A stretch of 64,000 nucleotides of DNA from an uncultured virus (IMG/VR IMGVR_UViG_3300010158_000044) (IMGVR_UViG_3300010158_000044), one strand, 5' to 3'; shown: positions 39,086 through 48,527, numbered from the stretch's first letter. The notes: a model not told the origin generated them from the letters alone. Made by a program: numbers and translations.

Positions 39086-39516
39086 TGTTTAGACGTAAAA
39101 AGAAGTTTATTAGGAGAGAGCTTAAGCATATTCCATTGCCTATCTTGATCCGTCAAGTAATCTACGACACTATGCTAGAGCCTGCTGAGGGTATAGCAGA
39201 TGCTTTAGGTCTTCCTCCCATCTCAGATGAAGTTGCAGATATGGAATCACAAGCTAGTCAAAAACGTTTAGAACGCTTTGCTGACTTACTTCCCTTCATA
39301 GACTCTCATTCAGATATGGCTGGTCGCATAGCTGCAGCTGCATATACTATCGATGATGACGAGGATGAAATAAGTTCTTTGGGAATAGACGAGGCATCTG
39401 TCGAGCGTATAGCTTCACTGTTTAAGATCATAGCCTTGTCTGCATCTCTTTCTTGCATCTCAACTCTTTTTAATTTAGAACTACTAGAATCAAGGGCAGG
39501 ATATATACATGAGTAA
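39085..39516 (+). CDS. hypothetical protein
   Basis: TAATG-coupled ORF. Confidence 0.6.
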   Translation: MFRRKKKFIRRELKHIPLPILIRQVIYDTMLEPAEGIADALGLPPISDEVADMESQASQKRLERFADLLPFIDSHSDMAGRIAAAAYTIDDDEDEISSLGIDEASVERIASLFKIIALSASLSCISTLFNLELLESRAGYIHE

Positions 39517-39901
39517 CTCAAACTGGTGGGCAAATAAACTAGGCAATCAAAATCCAAGGCAACCAGGTGTACAAAGCTCACCTACACAGCAGGTTCCTTA
39601 TACGCCGCCGGCACAACAGCCAAACGTGCAGGTTAACTATGATCCTAATACAGATCAGGTAACTACTAGGGCTCAGAGTGCTAGGAGATCTGATCATTGT
39701 CCTGAATGTAATTCTGGTAATTACTTTGCTCCTCAGGGTACACAACGTATGCGTTGCTATGACTGTGGTTACCCGGTAATACAGCAAGCCTCTGGTGCTG
39801 GAATGCCTGCAAATTCTTCAGGAGCTCCTACTCAGAAAGCAAAGCAAGTAGGCCAAGGTGGCGGCTTTAATCCAAATATCATAGTAGATCGGATCGGTTA
39901 A
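39509..39901 (+). CDS. zinc-ribbon protein
   Basis: CPECNSGNY...RCYDCGYP. Confidence 0.7.
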   Translation: MSNSNWWANKLGNQNPRQPGVQSSPTQQVPYTPPAQQPNVQVNYDPNTDQVTTRAQSARRSDHCPECNSGNYFAPQGTQRMRCYDCGYPVIQQASGAGMPANSSGAPTQKAKQVGQGGGFNPNIIVDRIG

Positions 39902-40962
39902 TGACAATGACAATTAATTCAGAGGCGCTAAAGATTGTTGCACAGCTTAATAAAAAGCTTGGTGCTAACACTGTAGTTGCTGCTAGCGATGTGATCCTTA
40001 GCCAACGTATTACTTCAGGGTCTTTAACCCTAGACGTGGTTCTTGGTGGAGGTTGGGCTATGAACCGTTGGGTAGAGCTAGTTGGGGAAGCGTCTCACGG
40101 TAAGACTGCGCTTGCTCTAAAGACTATTGCTGCTAACCAAAAGATTAACCCAGACTTTACCGCTGTATGGATTGCTGCTGAGGACTTTGACTCTAAGTAT
40201 GCAGAACTATGTGGGGTAGATACTAAGCGTGTAATACTTGTAGAGACTAATAATATGGAGGATGCTTATGAAGCAGTCATCAAGTTCATGGAAAGCAAGT
40301 CGGTGGATATGGTTGTTATTGATTCTCTTCCTGCCCTCGTTCCTGGAGCGGAAGATGAGAAAGAAATGGATGAATTCACCGTTGGACGAGGAGCTTTAAT
40401 AACTAATAAGTTCTTCCGTAAGGTGGCCTCAGCAACTAAAAGAGATTTGATTGAATCAGAACGCCCCGTACTGGGCATGATGATCAACCAATACCGTATG
40501 AAGATCGGCGTAATGCATGGCGATCCTCGTACAACACCGGGAGGTCTTGGCAAAGACTATGCCTACAGTATTCGTTGCGAAGTAAAGCGTGATGAGTGGC
40601 TTGAGGTAGGCACCGGACAGGAAAAACGCCGTGTGGGGCAAACAATCCGTGTCCGTACTATTAAGAACAAGACCTATCCTCCACAGCAAACCGCTTACTT
40701 AGACTTCTACTTTGCTAATGGTGGGCCAATTGATGCAGGAAGCTATGACTCTGGTAAAGAAATCGTAGCTTTATCTATACTTAATGGCATCGTGGATCGA
40801 CGTGGCGGTTGGATGTACTATAATGATCGTAAGTGGCAAGGAGCTCAAGCTCTTATTGACTCGCTTCGTGAAGAGATTGATCTTAAGGAAGAACTCACAG
40901 CAGCTGTGATGGATACCTTGAAATCAACCCCAGTATTGATGCTAAGTCCTGATGAAGAGTGA
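39901..40962 (+). CDS. recA: RecA recombinase
   Basis: SGSLTLDVVLGGG, GEASHGKT, VIDSLPALVP, INQYRMKIGVM.G.P.TTPGG, KNK..PP. Confidence 0.96.
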   Translation: MTMTINSEALKIVAQLNKKLGANTVVAASDVILSQRITSGSLTLDVVLGGGWAMNRWVELVGEASHGKTALALKTIAANQKINPDFTAVWIAAEDFDSKYAELCGVDTKRVILVETNNMEDAYEAVIKFMESKSVDMVVIDSLPALVPGAEDEKEMDEFTVGRGALITNKFFRKVASATKRDLIESERPVLGMMINQYRMKIGVMHGDPRTTPGGLGKDYAYSIRCEVKRDEWLEVGTGQEKRRVGQTIRVRTIKNKTYPPQQTAYLDFYFANGGPIDAGSYDSGKEIVALSILNGIVDRRGGWMYYNDRKWQGAQALIDSLREEIDLKEELTAAVMDTLKSTPVLMLSPDEE

Positions 40963-41269
40963 GGGGCAGAAACAATCTCTAAAGCATGAAAAGCGATTAG
41001 AGAAAGCTACGGGTGGCAAGCGCAGTGCCGCCTCTGGTGCATTTTGGTCTCGTAAGGGGGACGTCAGAACAGATGACCTCCTTATCGAGCACAAGTGGAC
41101 TGGTAAAAAGTCGGTAACAATTAAGTCAGATGTACTTGAAAAGATTACTAGAGAAGCAATACTTGATAGCAGAACGCCAGTACTTGGTCTGCATCTTGAT
41201 GGTGAAAACTACGTCGTGCTATTGGAGGAGGATTTTTTTGAACTGCGTAATGCAGTAAGAGGTGAATAG
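40952..41269 (+). CDS. PD-(D/E)xK nuclease / Holliday junction resolvase-like
   Basis: HE.R, ASGA....KGDV......IEHK. Confidence 0.75.
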   Translation: MKSEGQKQSLKHEKRLEKATGGKRSAASGAFWSRKGDVRTDDLLIEHKWTGKKSVTIKSDVLEKITREAILDSRTPVLGLHLDGENYVVLLEEDFFELRNAVRGE

Positions 41270-41610
41270 TGCGATATAGCGACGACCCGGAATGGACTTG
41301 GAGATATGATGCCAAGTGTCAGGGCGAAGATACAGAGATGTTCTTCCCACCCCGAGACAAAGCTCTCTACAAGCCGATAGCGGATAAGGCTAAAGCAATA
41401 TGTTGGGGCAAGGATGGGCGACCACCGTGTCCTGTACGTAAAGAATGTCTTAAGGAAGCTATCAACAACAATGAGTTACATGGAATCTTTGGTGGGCTAT
41501 CCCACAGAGAAAGAAATGCGGCCGAACGTAAACTTAAGAAACAGGGGATAACTTTAGATGAGTGGATTGACCAAGGGAGCAAGTATGGGAAAGCCGGTGA
41601 CGGTTCCTAG
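41269..41610 (+). CDS. whiB: WhiB family transcription factor
   Basis: AKC....EMFFP, AKAIC(8 aa)CPVR.EC..EA, GIFGGLS.RER. Confidence 0.92.
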   Translation: MRYSDDPEWTWRYDAKCQGEDTEMFFPPRDKALYKPIADKAKAICWGKDGRPPCPVRKECLKEAINNNELHGIFGGLSHRERNAAERKLKKQGITLDEWIDQGSKYGKAGDGS

Positions 41611-42439
41611 TAAAGATTTAAAAGCATTCCTTAATGCAAACAAGCGTGATACCCGCCTTATGGGCGCACTAGAACGCTATGTTCTATCTAAGCCCTTCGA
41701 TGATAGAGATCAAAGTTATATCCATCCCTCAGACATTATTAAATCTGAATGGTGTGCGCTTGCCCAATACCACGCCATCAAAGGTAACTATCAAGAGACT
41801 CGTGATAAGACAACTCTTCGCTTAGCATCTATCTTTGCAGAAGGCCATACCATCCATGCTAAGTGGCAGGAATGGTTTAAAGAGATGGGTGTTCTATACG
41901 GTAAGTGGGCTACCTCAACAGAGCCTGCATGGGGGGTATCCCTATCAGATGATTACTTAGAAGTTCCACTACGCAGCGATAAGCACATGATGCGTGGGCA
42001 TGCTGATGGTTGGATCAAAGGACTAGGCGATGACTGCCTGATTGAAATTAAGTCTATTGGTACCGGCACTATCCGCATGGAAATGCCTGCGCTTATGGCT
42101 CAGTACAACAATGATATTGATACTGTGTGGAAAAATATCCGCACACCCCTTCGTTCTCACCAGCTACAAGGTCAGGTTTATCTACACCTTTGTCATCTGA
42201 TGGTAGAAGAAGGATTGCTTGAAACTGCTCCGGATGAGATTGTTTTTATCTATGAGCTTAAAGCTAACCAAGAATACAAAGAGTTCGTGGTTAGATACAA
42301 CTCAGAATACACAGCTGACATCTTTGATAAAGCACTGGACGTAGCTTGGGCTGTAAATAATGATCGTCCACCGGTATGTAACATTGACTCTGAAAAGGGA
42401 TGCAAGCGTTGCGCACCATTTAAGGAGGAAACCGAATGA
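41585..42439 (+). CDS. Cas4/RecB-like exonuclease
   Basis: HPS....WC, G..IH, GHADG...IEIKS, Q...Y, C-terminal C......C..C. Confidence 0.8.
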   Translation: MGKPVTVPSKDLKAFLNANKRDTRLMGALERYVLSKPFDDRDQSYIHPSDIIKSEWCALAQYHAIKGNYQETRDKTTLRLASIFAEGHTIHAKWQEWFKEMGVLYGKWATSTEPAWGVSLSDDYLEVPLRSDKHMMRGHADGWIKGLGDDCLIEIKSIGTGTIRMEMPALMAQYNNDIDTVWKNIRTPLRSHQLQGQVYLHLCHLMVEEGLLETAPDEIVFIYELKANQEYKEFVVRYNSEYTADIFDKALDVAWAVNNDRPPVCNIDSEKGCKRCAPFKEETE

Positions 42440-42915
42440 GTATTTCTAACAAGGTAGTGGCTGCACTTAATGAGTTAGGCTTTGCTTTAACTTCTAAGCC
42501 AGAGTATGGCATGCCGTCTTTGCCACGTGACATTACTGAGCTGGATGATGAAGGTCTTATGGATCTCTTTGTACAGTACACACAGTGGAATGATCACTTA
42601 GCTGGAGCCTTTGCTATCTCTGTCATCAATGAGCGTGAAGCAGAGAGCGTTTTAAAAAATGCAGAAGCAGTGGCTTTGCTTAAAAGCTGGACCGGTAATA
42701 AAGGTGACACAGTCACCTTAATCAAAGCACAGATCCAAGCTTCAGATGAGATCCAGGAATTGATCTACGACTTCGATACGAAGTATGCATTCCGTAAGCT
42801 CATCGAAACTAGAACTCAGAACATTGAGAGAGACTGCTCTGTAGTCTCCCGTGAACTTACCCGCCGCACGTCAGATGGTGGGTTACGATCAAGACAGCGG
42901 AGGTATACAACATGA
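42436..42915 (+). CDS. coiled-coil protein (possible recombination mediator)
   Basis: helical; SRELTRR C-terminal motif; among recombination genes. Confidence 0.5.
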   Translation: MSISNKVVAALNELGFALTSKPEYGMPSLPRDITELDDEGLMDLFVQYTQWNDHLAGAFAISVINEREAESVLKNAEAVALLKSWTGNKGDTVTLIKAQIQASDEIQELIYDFDTKYAFRKLIETRTQNIERDCSVVSRELTRRTSDGGLRSRQRRYTT

Positions 42916-43028
42916 CCTGGGAACAACTATCATTGTTTACAGATGAAGAGCTAGGTATTGATGCCAAGCAGCTTCCTTTAGCTAAAACAAAATGTTGCGA
43001 GGAATGTACTTGTGAGCAATCCAGCTAA
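42912..43028 (+). CDS. 38-aa peptide with QLSLF motif and Cys cluster
   Basis: read manually: MTWEQLSLFTDEELGIDAKQLPLAKTKCCEECTCEQSS; GGAGG RBS, ATGA overlap. Confidence 0.65.
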   Translation: MTWEQLSLFTDEELGIDAKQLPLAKTKCCEECTCEQSS

Positions 43029-43350
43029 GGCAAAAGGTAGTGGAGCTGAGCGTGCTGTAGTTGCATGGCTTAAGCAGTGGTATCCATATGCAGACCGCAG
43101 ATTAGCCGGGGCAACTCTTGATAAGGGAGATGTATCCGGGATTCCTGGGGTCACTATAGAGATCAAGAATCAAGCCACGATGAAATTATCTGAATGGCTT
43201 AAGGAACTTGCTGTAGAGATGAAGAATGATGGTGCGTGGACTGGTGTAGTTATTCATAAGAAAAAAGGAACTACCGATGTAAACGAGTGGTACGCCACTA
43301 TGCCGGCTTCAGTCTGGGTTGAGCTCCTGAACAAGGTACCTAAGAGTTAG
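43012..43350 (+). CDS. Holliday junction resolvase (Hjc-like)
   Basis: K.KG...ER.V..WL, D.GD..G.PG..IEIKN. Confidence 0.85.
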   Translation: MSNPAKAKGSGAERAVVAWLKQWYPYADRRLAGATLDKGDVSGIPGVTIEIKNQATMKLSEWLKELAVEMKNDGAWTGVVIHKKKGTTDVNEWYATMPASVWVELLNKVPKS

Positions 43351-43436
43351 AGGCTTATAGGGGTACTGACGGGCGTTTAAAGGGTATTGTAGGGCTTTAG
43401 GTGGGCACACAAATCGAAACCAAAGGACTACAAATC

Positions 43437-43730
43437 GTGACCGATACTCCAACAACACCTAATACAGAAGAGAAGTTCCTACGTGTAGGGGCTGGCTCTA
43501 ATGCACAGTCAGTCGGGTCGGCTATTGCCCACGCCCTTTATGAAAAACCTCAGGTGCACTTACGTGCAGTGGGGGCCTCAGCAGTTAACCAGGCGGTAAA
43601 AGCTATTGCTATTGCCAGCGGTTACGTTGCACCACGAGGTATGAACCTAACCTGTCGCCCAGGATTTACTACGGTAGATTCAAGAGACGGACAGATTAGT
43701 GCAATTGTCTTTACAATCAACGTAAGTTAA
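43437..43730 (+). CDS. spoVS: stage V sporulation protein S (SpoVS)-family protein
   Basis: LRV...SN..SV..AIA...RAVGA.AVNQAVKAIAIA.G.VAP.G..L.C.P.F matches the SpoVS consensus; AAGGA RBS. Confidence 0.9.
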   Translation: MTDTPTTPNTEEKFLRVGAGSNAQSVGSAIAHALYEKPQVHLRAVGASAVNQAVKAIAIASGYVAPRGMNLTCRPGFTTVDSRDGQISAIVFTINVS

Positions 43731-43777
43731 TATAAGATTTGAGATGAGATCTCACCTCTAACAGTTAGGTACCAACT

Positions 43778-44113
43778 ATGGCAAAATCAGATATCGATGC
43801 TGCAGTAGCAGCAGAGAACACACAAGGTCGCTCTTCAATGGGACGTGGCGGAGTTGCATTTACATCACCATCAGCTAATCCTTCTTCAGGAAAGCTTATG
43901 GCACGTAAGGGCGCTCAAGCAGGAGACCCAACAGTCGAAGCTAAGCCTTCACGTTCTCACACAATGGCAGAGCGTAATGGCGCTGCACATACAATCATTT
44001 CTAACATTGTAAAGCCAAACGATCCAGCTGCAGGTATGACACAGGCTAACAGCCCAATCATTCCTCCAGTTACTCATCGTGGTTTTGCAGCTGGAATTGA
44101 ATCTTCATACTAA
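43778..44113 (+). CDS. hypothetical low-complexity protein
   Basis: ORF with abundant-protein-like codon bias. Confidence 0.6.
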   Translation: MAKSDIDAAVAAENTQGRSSMGRGGVAFTSPSANPSSGKLMARKGAQAGDPTVEAKPSRSHTMAERNGAAHTIISNIVKPNDPAAGMTQANSPIIPPVTHRGFAAGIESSY

Positions 44114-44179
44114 TATGTAGTACAATGTTTGATAGGGGCCTATTTAGGTAGGCCTCTATTAAATAATCAAGGAGGAGCA

Positions 44180-44419
44180 ATGAGCTTAGATTCTTTATAT
44201 TCTGAAGCTAAAGTAACAAACCCTTATGTAGCAGGTATGTGTGTAGTAGGCGCTTGGTCCACCACACTGAATGAAAAAGACCTGGCTGCATTCAAGACAT
44301 CTTTAAATGATGATGATTTTTCTACACGAAGTCTATTTGATCTTTATAAATCTGCTGGAGCAATATTCGGACTAACCTCTCTAAGAGAGCATAGAAATGG
44401 AAACTGCACATGTCACTAG
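44180..44419 (+). CDS. small Cys/His protein paired with phosphoesterase
   Basis: AGGAGG RBS; C.V...HRNG.C.C. Confidence 0.65.
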   Translation: MSLDSLYSEAKVTNPYVAGMCVVGAWSTTLNEKDLAAFKTSLNDDDFSTRSLFDLYKSAGAIFGLTSLREHRNGNCTCH

Positions 44420-45564
44420 AAGACTCATACAATACCGCTAAAGCAGATGGAGCTCTAAGCTCTATAGATAAACTACTTAAGGCCAACGGTCTTACACCTG
44501 ATGATGTAGGTAAGATTAGTAAGGTTAGCCTTTCTACTAATCCAGATGATACAAAAATTATTCTTTCTCCCAAATGGAGCGAGGGACCAGAGTGGCAGCC
44601 AGTACAACAGGCAGCCCCAACAGTGGTGCAACCAAAGGTTCGCACTCCTGCTTTGATAAGCAGTGACTGGAAAGTTGCTGTAGCTTTACCAGATCCACAG
44701 ATCGGTTATCGCAAATATGAAGATGGTACCTTAGACCCATTCCATGATGAATCTGCTATGGATGTGGCGTTACAAGTTGTAGGGTTAGACCACGGTCACC
44801 CACTAGCCCAGGTAATTAACCTTGGGGATTTCTTAGATCTACCTATGTATGGTAAGTATGACCAAGAGCCTAACTTTGCCCATACTGCCCAGCTTGCTAT
44901 TGATCGTGGTCACCTCTTCCTTGCTCAGCAACGTGCTGAAGCAGGAGCATATGCCCGCATCATTCTGCTTGAAGGTAATCATGATAAGCGACTCAGCATG
45001 TTTATCAATAACAATGCCGCATCAGCATACGGAATTAAGGTAGCTAACATGCCTGAGTCTTGGCCAGTGCTAAGCCTACAAAATCTATTACGTTGTGAAG
45101 AACTAGGAGTGGAATTTATCGATGGATACCCTGCTGCAGCTCATTGGATTAATAAGCGTTTGCGTGCTATGCACGGTGACCGTGCTAACTCTAGTGGTTC
45201 TACTGCGGCGCAATATGCCAACTCGAATCCTAACATCTCAACCTTATTTGGTCATACGCATCGTATGGAACAGCAAAGCAAGACGGTATTTGATCGTGAC
45301 CAGGCAATTAAGAGTGTATCTTTTAGCCCAGGATGCCTATGCCGGGTTGATGGTGCGGTCCCATCTGTAAAAGGTGGCGTGGATGGTAAGGGCCAAGCTT
45401 TACAGTACTTTGAAAACTGGCAACAAGGAGTAAGCGTTATCTTCTTTAAAGATGGAGATGATGATAGCTTCCACTTTGATCAAGTACATATTCATAAGGG
45501 TAAAACCATGTATCGTGGGCAAGAAATTCATTCTACCGTGGATGTAACGGGTAACCCACTATAA
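44410..45564 (+). CDS. calcineurin-like metallophosphoesterase
   Basis: PDPQ, LGDFLD, EGNHD, HG, GHTHR. Confidence 0.9.
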   Translation: MSLEDSYNTAKADGALSSIDKLLKANGLTPDDVGKISKVSLSTNPDDTKIILSPKWSEGPEWQPVQQAAPTVVQPKVRTPALISSDWKVAVALPDPQIGYRKYEDGTLDPFHDESAMDVALQVVGLDHGHPLAQVINLGDFLDLPMYGKYDQEPNFAHTAQLAIDRGHLFLAQQRAEAGAYARIILLEGNHDKRLSMFINNNAASAYGIKVANMPESWPVLSLQNLLRCEELGVEFIDGYPAAAHWINKRLRAMHGDRANSSGSTAAQYANSNPNISTLFGHTHRMEQQSKTVFDRDQAIKSVSFSPGCLCRVDGAVPSVKGGVDGKGQALQYFENWQQGVSVIFFKDGDDDSFHFDQVHIHKGKTMYRGQEIHSTVDVTGNPL

Positions 45565-45597
45565 TAAAAAAAGCCCCCTAGCGATAGGGGGCTTTTT
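45565..45597. terminator. bidirectional intrinsic terminator
   Basis: A-tract AAAAGCCCCCTA-gcga-TAGGGGGCTTTT between convergent genes. Confidence 0.9.
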
Positions 45598-45598
45598 A

Positions 45599-45880
45599 CT
45601 ACTTAACTTTTTTTTGCTCTAATATCAGATCTGCTTCAGTTTTAGCTTTTGAGTCAATCTGAGAGAAAGCAGCATCAATTTCATCTTGATCTAGTTTACC
45701 GTCGTCTAAAAAAGAACGAGCAAGACGTTCAACAACTGTGGCTACACCTGTAATCCCAGCTATTGCTACAACTTTAAGTGTACTAATTCCAACTAAAGCA
45801 CCCGCACCAATTACAGATAAACCACTAGATGCAAATACTGCCACAATCCGCATAATCGTGTTATATATTTTACTCATCAT
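45599..45880 (-). CDS. small membrane protein (holin-like)
   Basis: AAGGAG RBS; two hydrophobic segments; DDGKL...EI..AF. Confidence 0.6.
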   Translation of the reverse strand: MMSKIYNTIMRIVAVFASSGLSVIGAGALVGISTLKVVAIAGITGVATVVERLARSFLDDGKLDQDEIDAAFSQIDSKAKTEADLILEQKKVK

Positions 45881-45974
45881 TAGCTCCTTCTATGCTCATA
45901 GATAGTTTAACATTACAAGGTGTATTTTTGTCGGCATACTATCTTTATTGTCACTACAAAATCCGGAGAGATAT

Positions 45975-46274
45975 ATGACGACTTCAGACTGGGCAACAGT
46001 AATTTATTCTTACTTTTTTGTTAGCGCTGGAGTAGTTAGCGTTCTATGGTTTGTTGCTAAAAAAGCAATACACCATGTGATTGACGAAAGTATGTCAGAT
46101 ATTAAAGTTATTAAGACTGAGATGACCCCTAACCATGGATCTTCAATTCATGATAAAATTAATTTAGAAATTATTCCTATGTTAGTGGATCTTAAATCTA
46201 ATCAAGATAAAATTAAAAATTCGGTTTCCAAGTTGGAAGGCCGGTTTGAACAACACGTAGAAGAGGGTGACTAA
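45975..46274 (+). CDS. membrane protein of lysis cassette
   Basis: GGAG RBS; N-terminal TM helix; PNHGSS..D motif then coiled coil. Confidence 0.65.
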   Translation: MTTSDWATVIYSYFFVSAGVVSVLWFVAKKAIHHVIDESMSDIKVIKTEMTPNHGSSIHDKINLEIIPMLVDLKSNQDKIKNSVSKLEGRFEQHVEEGD

Positions 46275-46821
46275 TATGACAACAGCAGTAGCAAAACCAG
46301 TACCACCTGTTACAACACATCCGACAGGTTCAGCAGCTCGTTTTTTAGAAGTAGCTGCATCTCAAGTTGGTGTTATTGAGGGGCCTAAAGATAATGAAAC
46401 TATTTATGGTGCATTTACTAAGGCCAACTTTCAAGCATGGTGCGGAAGTTTTTGTATGTGGGTAGCAAATGAATCTGGAGTAAAAATTCCTAATACAGTT
46501 TTTACACCTTCAGGAGCATCAGCATTTAAAGCTAATAAAAAATGGTCTGATGCAGCAACTGCAAAACCACAACCTGGAGATCTTGTTTATTTTGATTTTG
46601 TAAAGGGTGGGGCAGAAGTAGAGCATGTCGGCATTGTGGTTAAAGACAATGGCGATGGCACTATAACTACTATCGAAGGAAACACCTCCCCTGAGCATAA
46701 GGCCACAGGTAGCCAAGCAAATGGTGGAGAATGTGCTCAACGTATTCGTGCGTTTAAAGCAAATAAACGCGGTTTGTTACCATTTGTAGTTGGTTTTGGC
46801 CATCCAAATTGGACAAACTAA
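46267..46821 (+). CDS. endolysin, CHAP domain
   Basis: A.SQVG..E, WCGSF..W, PQPGDLVYF, HVGIV, TIEGNT. Confidence 0.92.
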   Translation: MTNMTTAVAKPVPPVTTHPTGSAARFLEVAASQVGVIEGPKDNETIYGAFTKANFQAWCGSFCMWVANESGVKIPNTVFTPSGASAFKANKKWSDAATAKPQPGDLVYFDFVKGGAEVEHVGIVVKDNGDGTITTIEGNTSPEHKATGSQANGGECAQRIRAFKANKRGLLPFVVGFGHPNWTN

Positions 46822-46881
46822 TACTTTTCCCTGTAGAATAGATATAGCCCCTAAAGGGGATTAACCTAAACAAGGAGAAAC

Positions 46882-47076
46882 ATGAACACAACGCAAATCC
46901 AAGCAATGGCAGCCTCATGGGCCCGCTCATTCTTAGCAGCAGCTCTTGCTGTTTATATGTCCGGAAACCACGACGCCAAGGCTGTAGCCATGGGCGGAGT
47001 AGCAGCACTACTTCCAGTAGTTCTACGCTTCCTAAATCCAAAGGACGCCGCATTCGGTATCGGCGCTTCAAAGTAA
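46882..47076 (+). CDS. holin (putative)
   Basis: AAGGAG RBS; SWARSFLAA..AVY..G, LRFLNP.D.AFG; follows endolysin. Confidence 0.7.
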   Translation: MNTTQIQAMAASWARSFLAAALAVYMSGNHDAKAVAMGGVAALLPVVLRFLNPKDAAFGIGASK

Positions 47077-47091
47077 TCATTAAACGCAATC

Positions 47092-47118
47092 GGCCGGGGA
47101 TACACACCCCGGCCTTTT
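47092..47118 (+). terminator. intrinsic terminator
   Basis: GGCCGGGG-atacaca-CCCCGGCC-TTTT. Confidence 0.85.
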
Positions 47119-47141
47119 GCTTTTAAGGGTATGATGGGGGC

Positions 47142-47399
47142 ATGAGCTCAAGAGAATGCGACTTCTGTGGTATGCCTGAAGACCACTATGGTAAAAATAC
47201 CGTGCCTGTTTACAGAATTCCTCAAGGTAAGCACAGATCAGCTCTAGCTTGTGATGAATGTATTCAAAATGAAGTACAATACCTCGCTAATAATAGTGAT
47301 GATGTTCCAGATCTATCTCATCTACCAAAAAAGTACACGGATAGTTATAATAGGCATAGACAAGCTCAAGACTTTGATCAATGGGAGGCAGGACACTAA
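47142..47399 (+). CDS. small zinc-binding protein
   Basis: CDFC...CDEC; TATGAT-N6-ATG start. Confidence 0.65.
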   Translation: MSSRECDFCGMPEDHYGKNTVPVYRIPQGKHRSALACDECIQNEVQYLANNSDDVPDLSHLPKKYTDSYNRHRQAQDFDQWEAGH

Positions 47400-47944
47400 T
47401 GCCTAACTCTCATAATAACTGGCAGTACCTAGGAGCCAGCGGATATATCGGCGCATATACAACCACCGGCGGTGGTGGAACCCCAGTCGTACCTCGTAGT
47501 GCTATGGACTTTCTTCGTATTGGTGTGGGCCGTGCTCCTCAAGCAGAATATCCTGACGGTTACCTTGGAACAATTCGTACACGCCGTGACGATAAAGGAA
47601 AGCCTTACTCAATAGGCGACACAGTTTTAGATTCACTTAAGAATCGACAGAACCAACGTGCGTATCAACGTGGTGTTCACCGTGGAGAACGTATCGATCC
47701 CGCCCAATATTTATGGCCAGAGAACTTTCAACCAGATAGAAGACTCAATAAGAAAAACTACCACTTGACTGAGGTCGACGGGGCAGTGGTCTATCTGAAC
47801 AAGCGTAATGCTCCTAAAATGGCATTAGCTCCAGCTCCACAGTTAGTTAATGATGGTAAAGCAAATATTTCATCTAACGTGCCTGCAGAATTTAATCCTC
47901 GCACCGGACAAAACTTTCAGCATATGAAACCAAGGTGGCAATAA
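47399..47944 (+). CDS. hypothetical protein
   Basis: TAATG-coupled; YPDGYLGTI, YQRGVH.GERID. Confidence 0.65.
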   Translation: MPNSHNNWQYLGASGYIGAYTTTGGGGTPVVPRSAMDFLRIGVGRAPQAEYPDGYLGTIRTRRDDKGKPYSIGDTVLDSLKNRQNQRAYQRGVHRGERIDPAQYLWPENFQPDRRLNKKNYHLTEVDGAVVYLNKRNAPKMALAPAPQLVNDGKANISSNVPAEFNPRTGQNFQHMKPRWQ

Positions 47945-48168
47945 TGGGTTGGGACGCACCTTCAGCAGAGTATTACGACGAGGGAGAAAACTTTGCGCAT
48001 GAGCACACTGACGGTATGGCCGGTATTAGAGATATGGGCCATGGTAATACTTGCAGTCACTGCAACGATGCTCGTTTACATGGCATTAAAAAAGATATTG
48101 GAAGAATAGGCTCATTTAAAATGGGTATGGTAGAACATAAGATACGTAAACTTCACGGGAGGGCCTAA
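47944..48168 (+). CDS. hypothetical His/Cys protein
   Basis: TAATG coupling at both ends. Confidence 0.55.
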   Translation: MGWDAPSAEYYDEGENFAHEHTDGMAGIRDMGHGNTCSHCNDARLHGIKKDIGRIGSFKMGMVEHKIRKLHGRA

Positions 48169-48527
48169 TGCAACACCAAGATGGCGTCTATGACCATAGT
48201 AAGGGTCGTCCAGTTGTTAGCGAAGATCCAGATGCATCGCTATTACGCTATGACTACATGGGGCCTTTTGCTAACGCACAAGAAGCTTTTATGGTGCGGG
48301 CACTTCGCTCAGCTACAATGCCAGCAGCTTTGCTACAAGATTTAGTTCGCCCACCTCTACCTCAGGTACAATTATTTCCACCACGTTTTGGGTACCGCAC
48401 TCGTGCACTTGGTATCATGGACGTGATGGATGTGAACGAAGAGTTCTACCCAACTCGTGTGGACTTCACACGTGAAAATGGTTCGTACTCTGGTACAGCC
48501 CGTAACGTCTCAGAAAGTGTGTGGTAA
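48168..48527 (+). CDS. hypothetical protein
   Basis: GGAGG RBS, TAATG coupling. Confidence 0.6.
   Translation: MQHQDGVYDHSKGRPVVSEDPDASLLRYDYMGPFANAQEAFMVRALRSATMPAALLQDLVRPPLPQVQLFPPRFGYRTRALGIMDVMDVNEEFYPTRVDFTRENGSYSGTARNVSESVW

Noticed and set aside
41585..42439. Cas4-like gene as part of a CRISPR-Cas system
   Set aside because: No repeat-spacer array or other cas genes; stand-alone Cas4-like nucleases are common in phage recombination modules
44132..44160. 11-bp hairpin ATAGGGGCCTA/TAGGCCTCTAT as an ncRNA
   Set aside because: Single stem just after a TACAAT -10 element; adequately explained as a 5' stabilising hairpin or weak terminator
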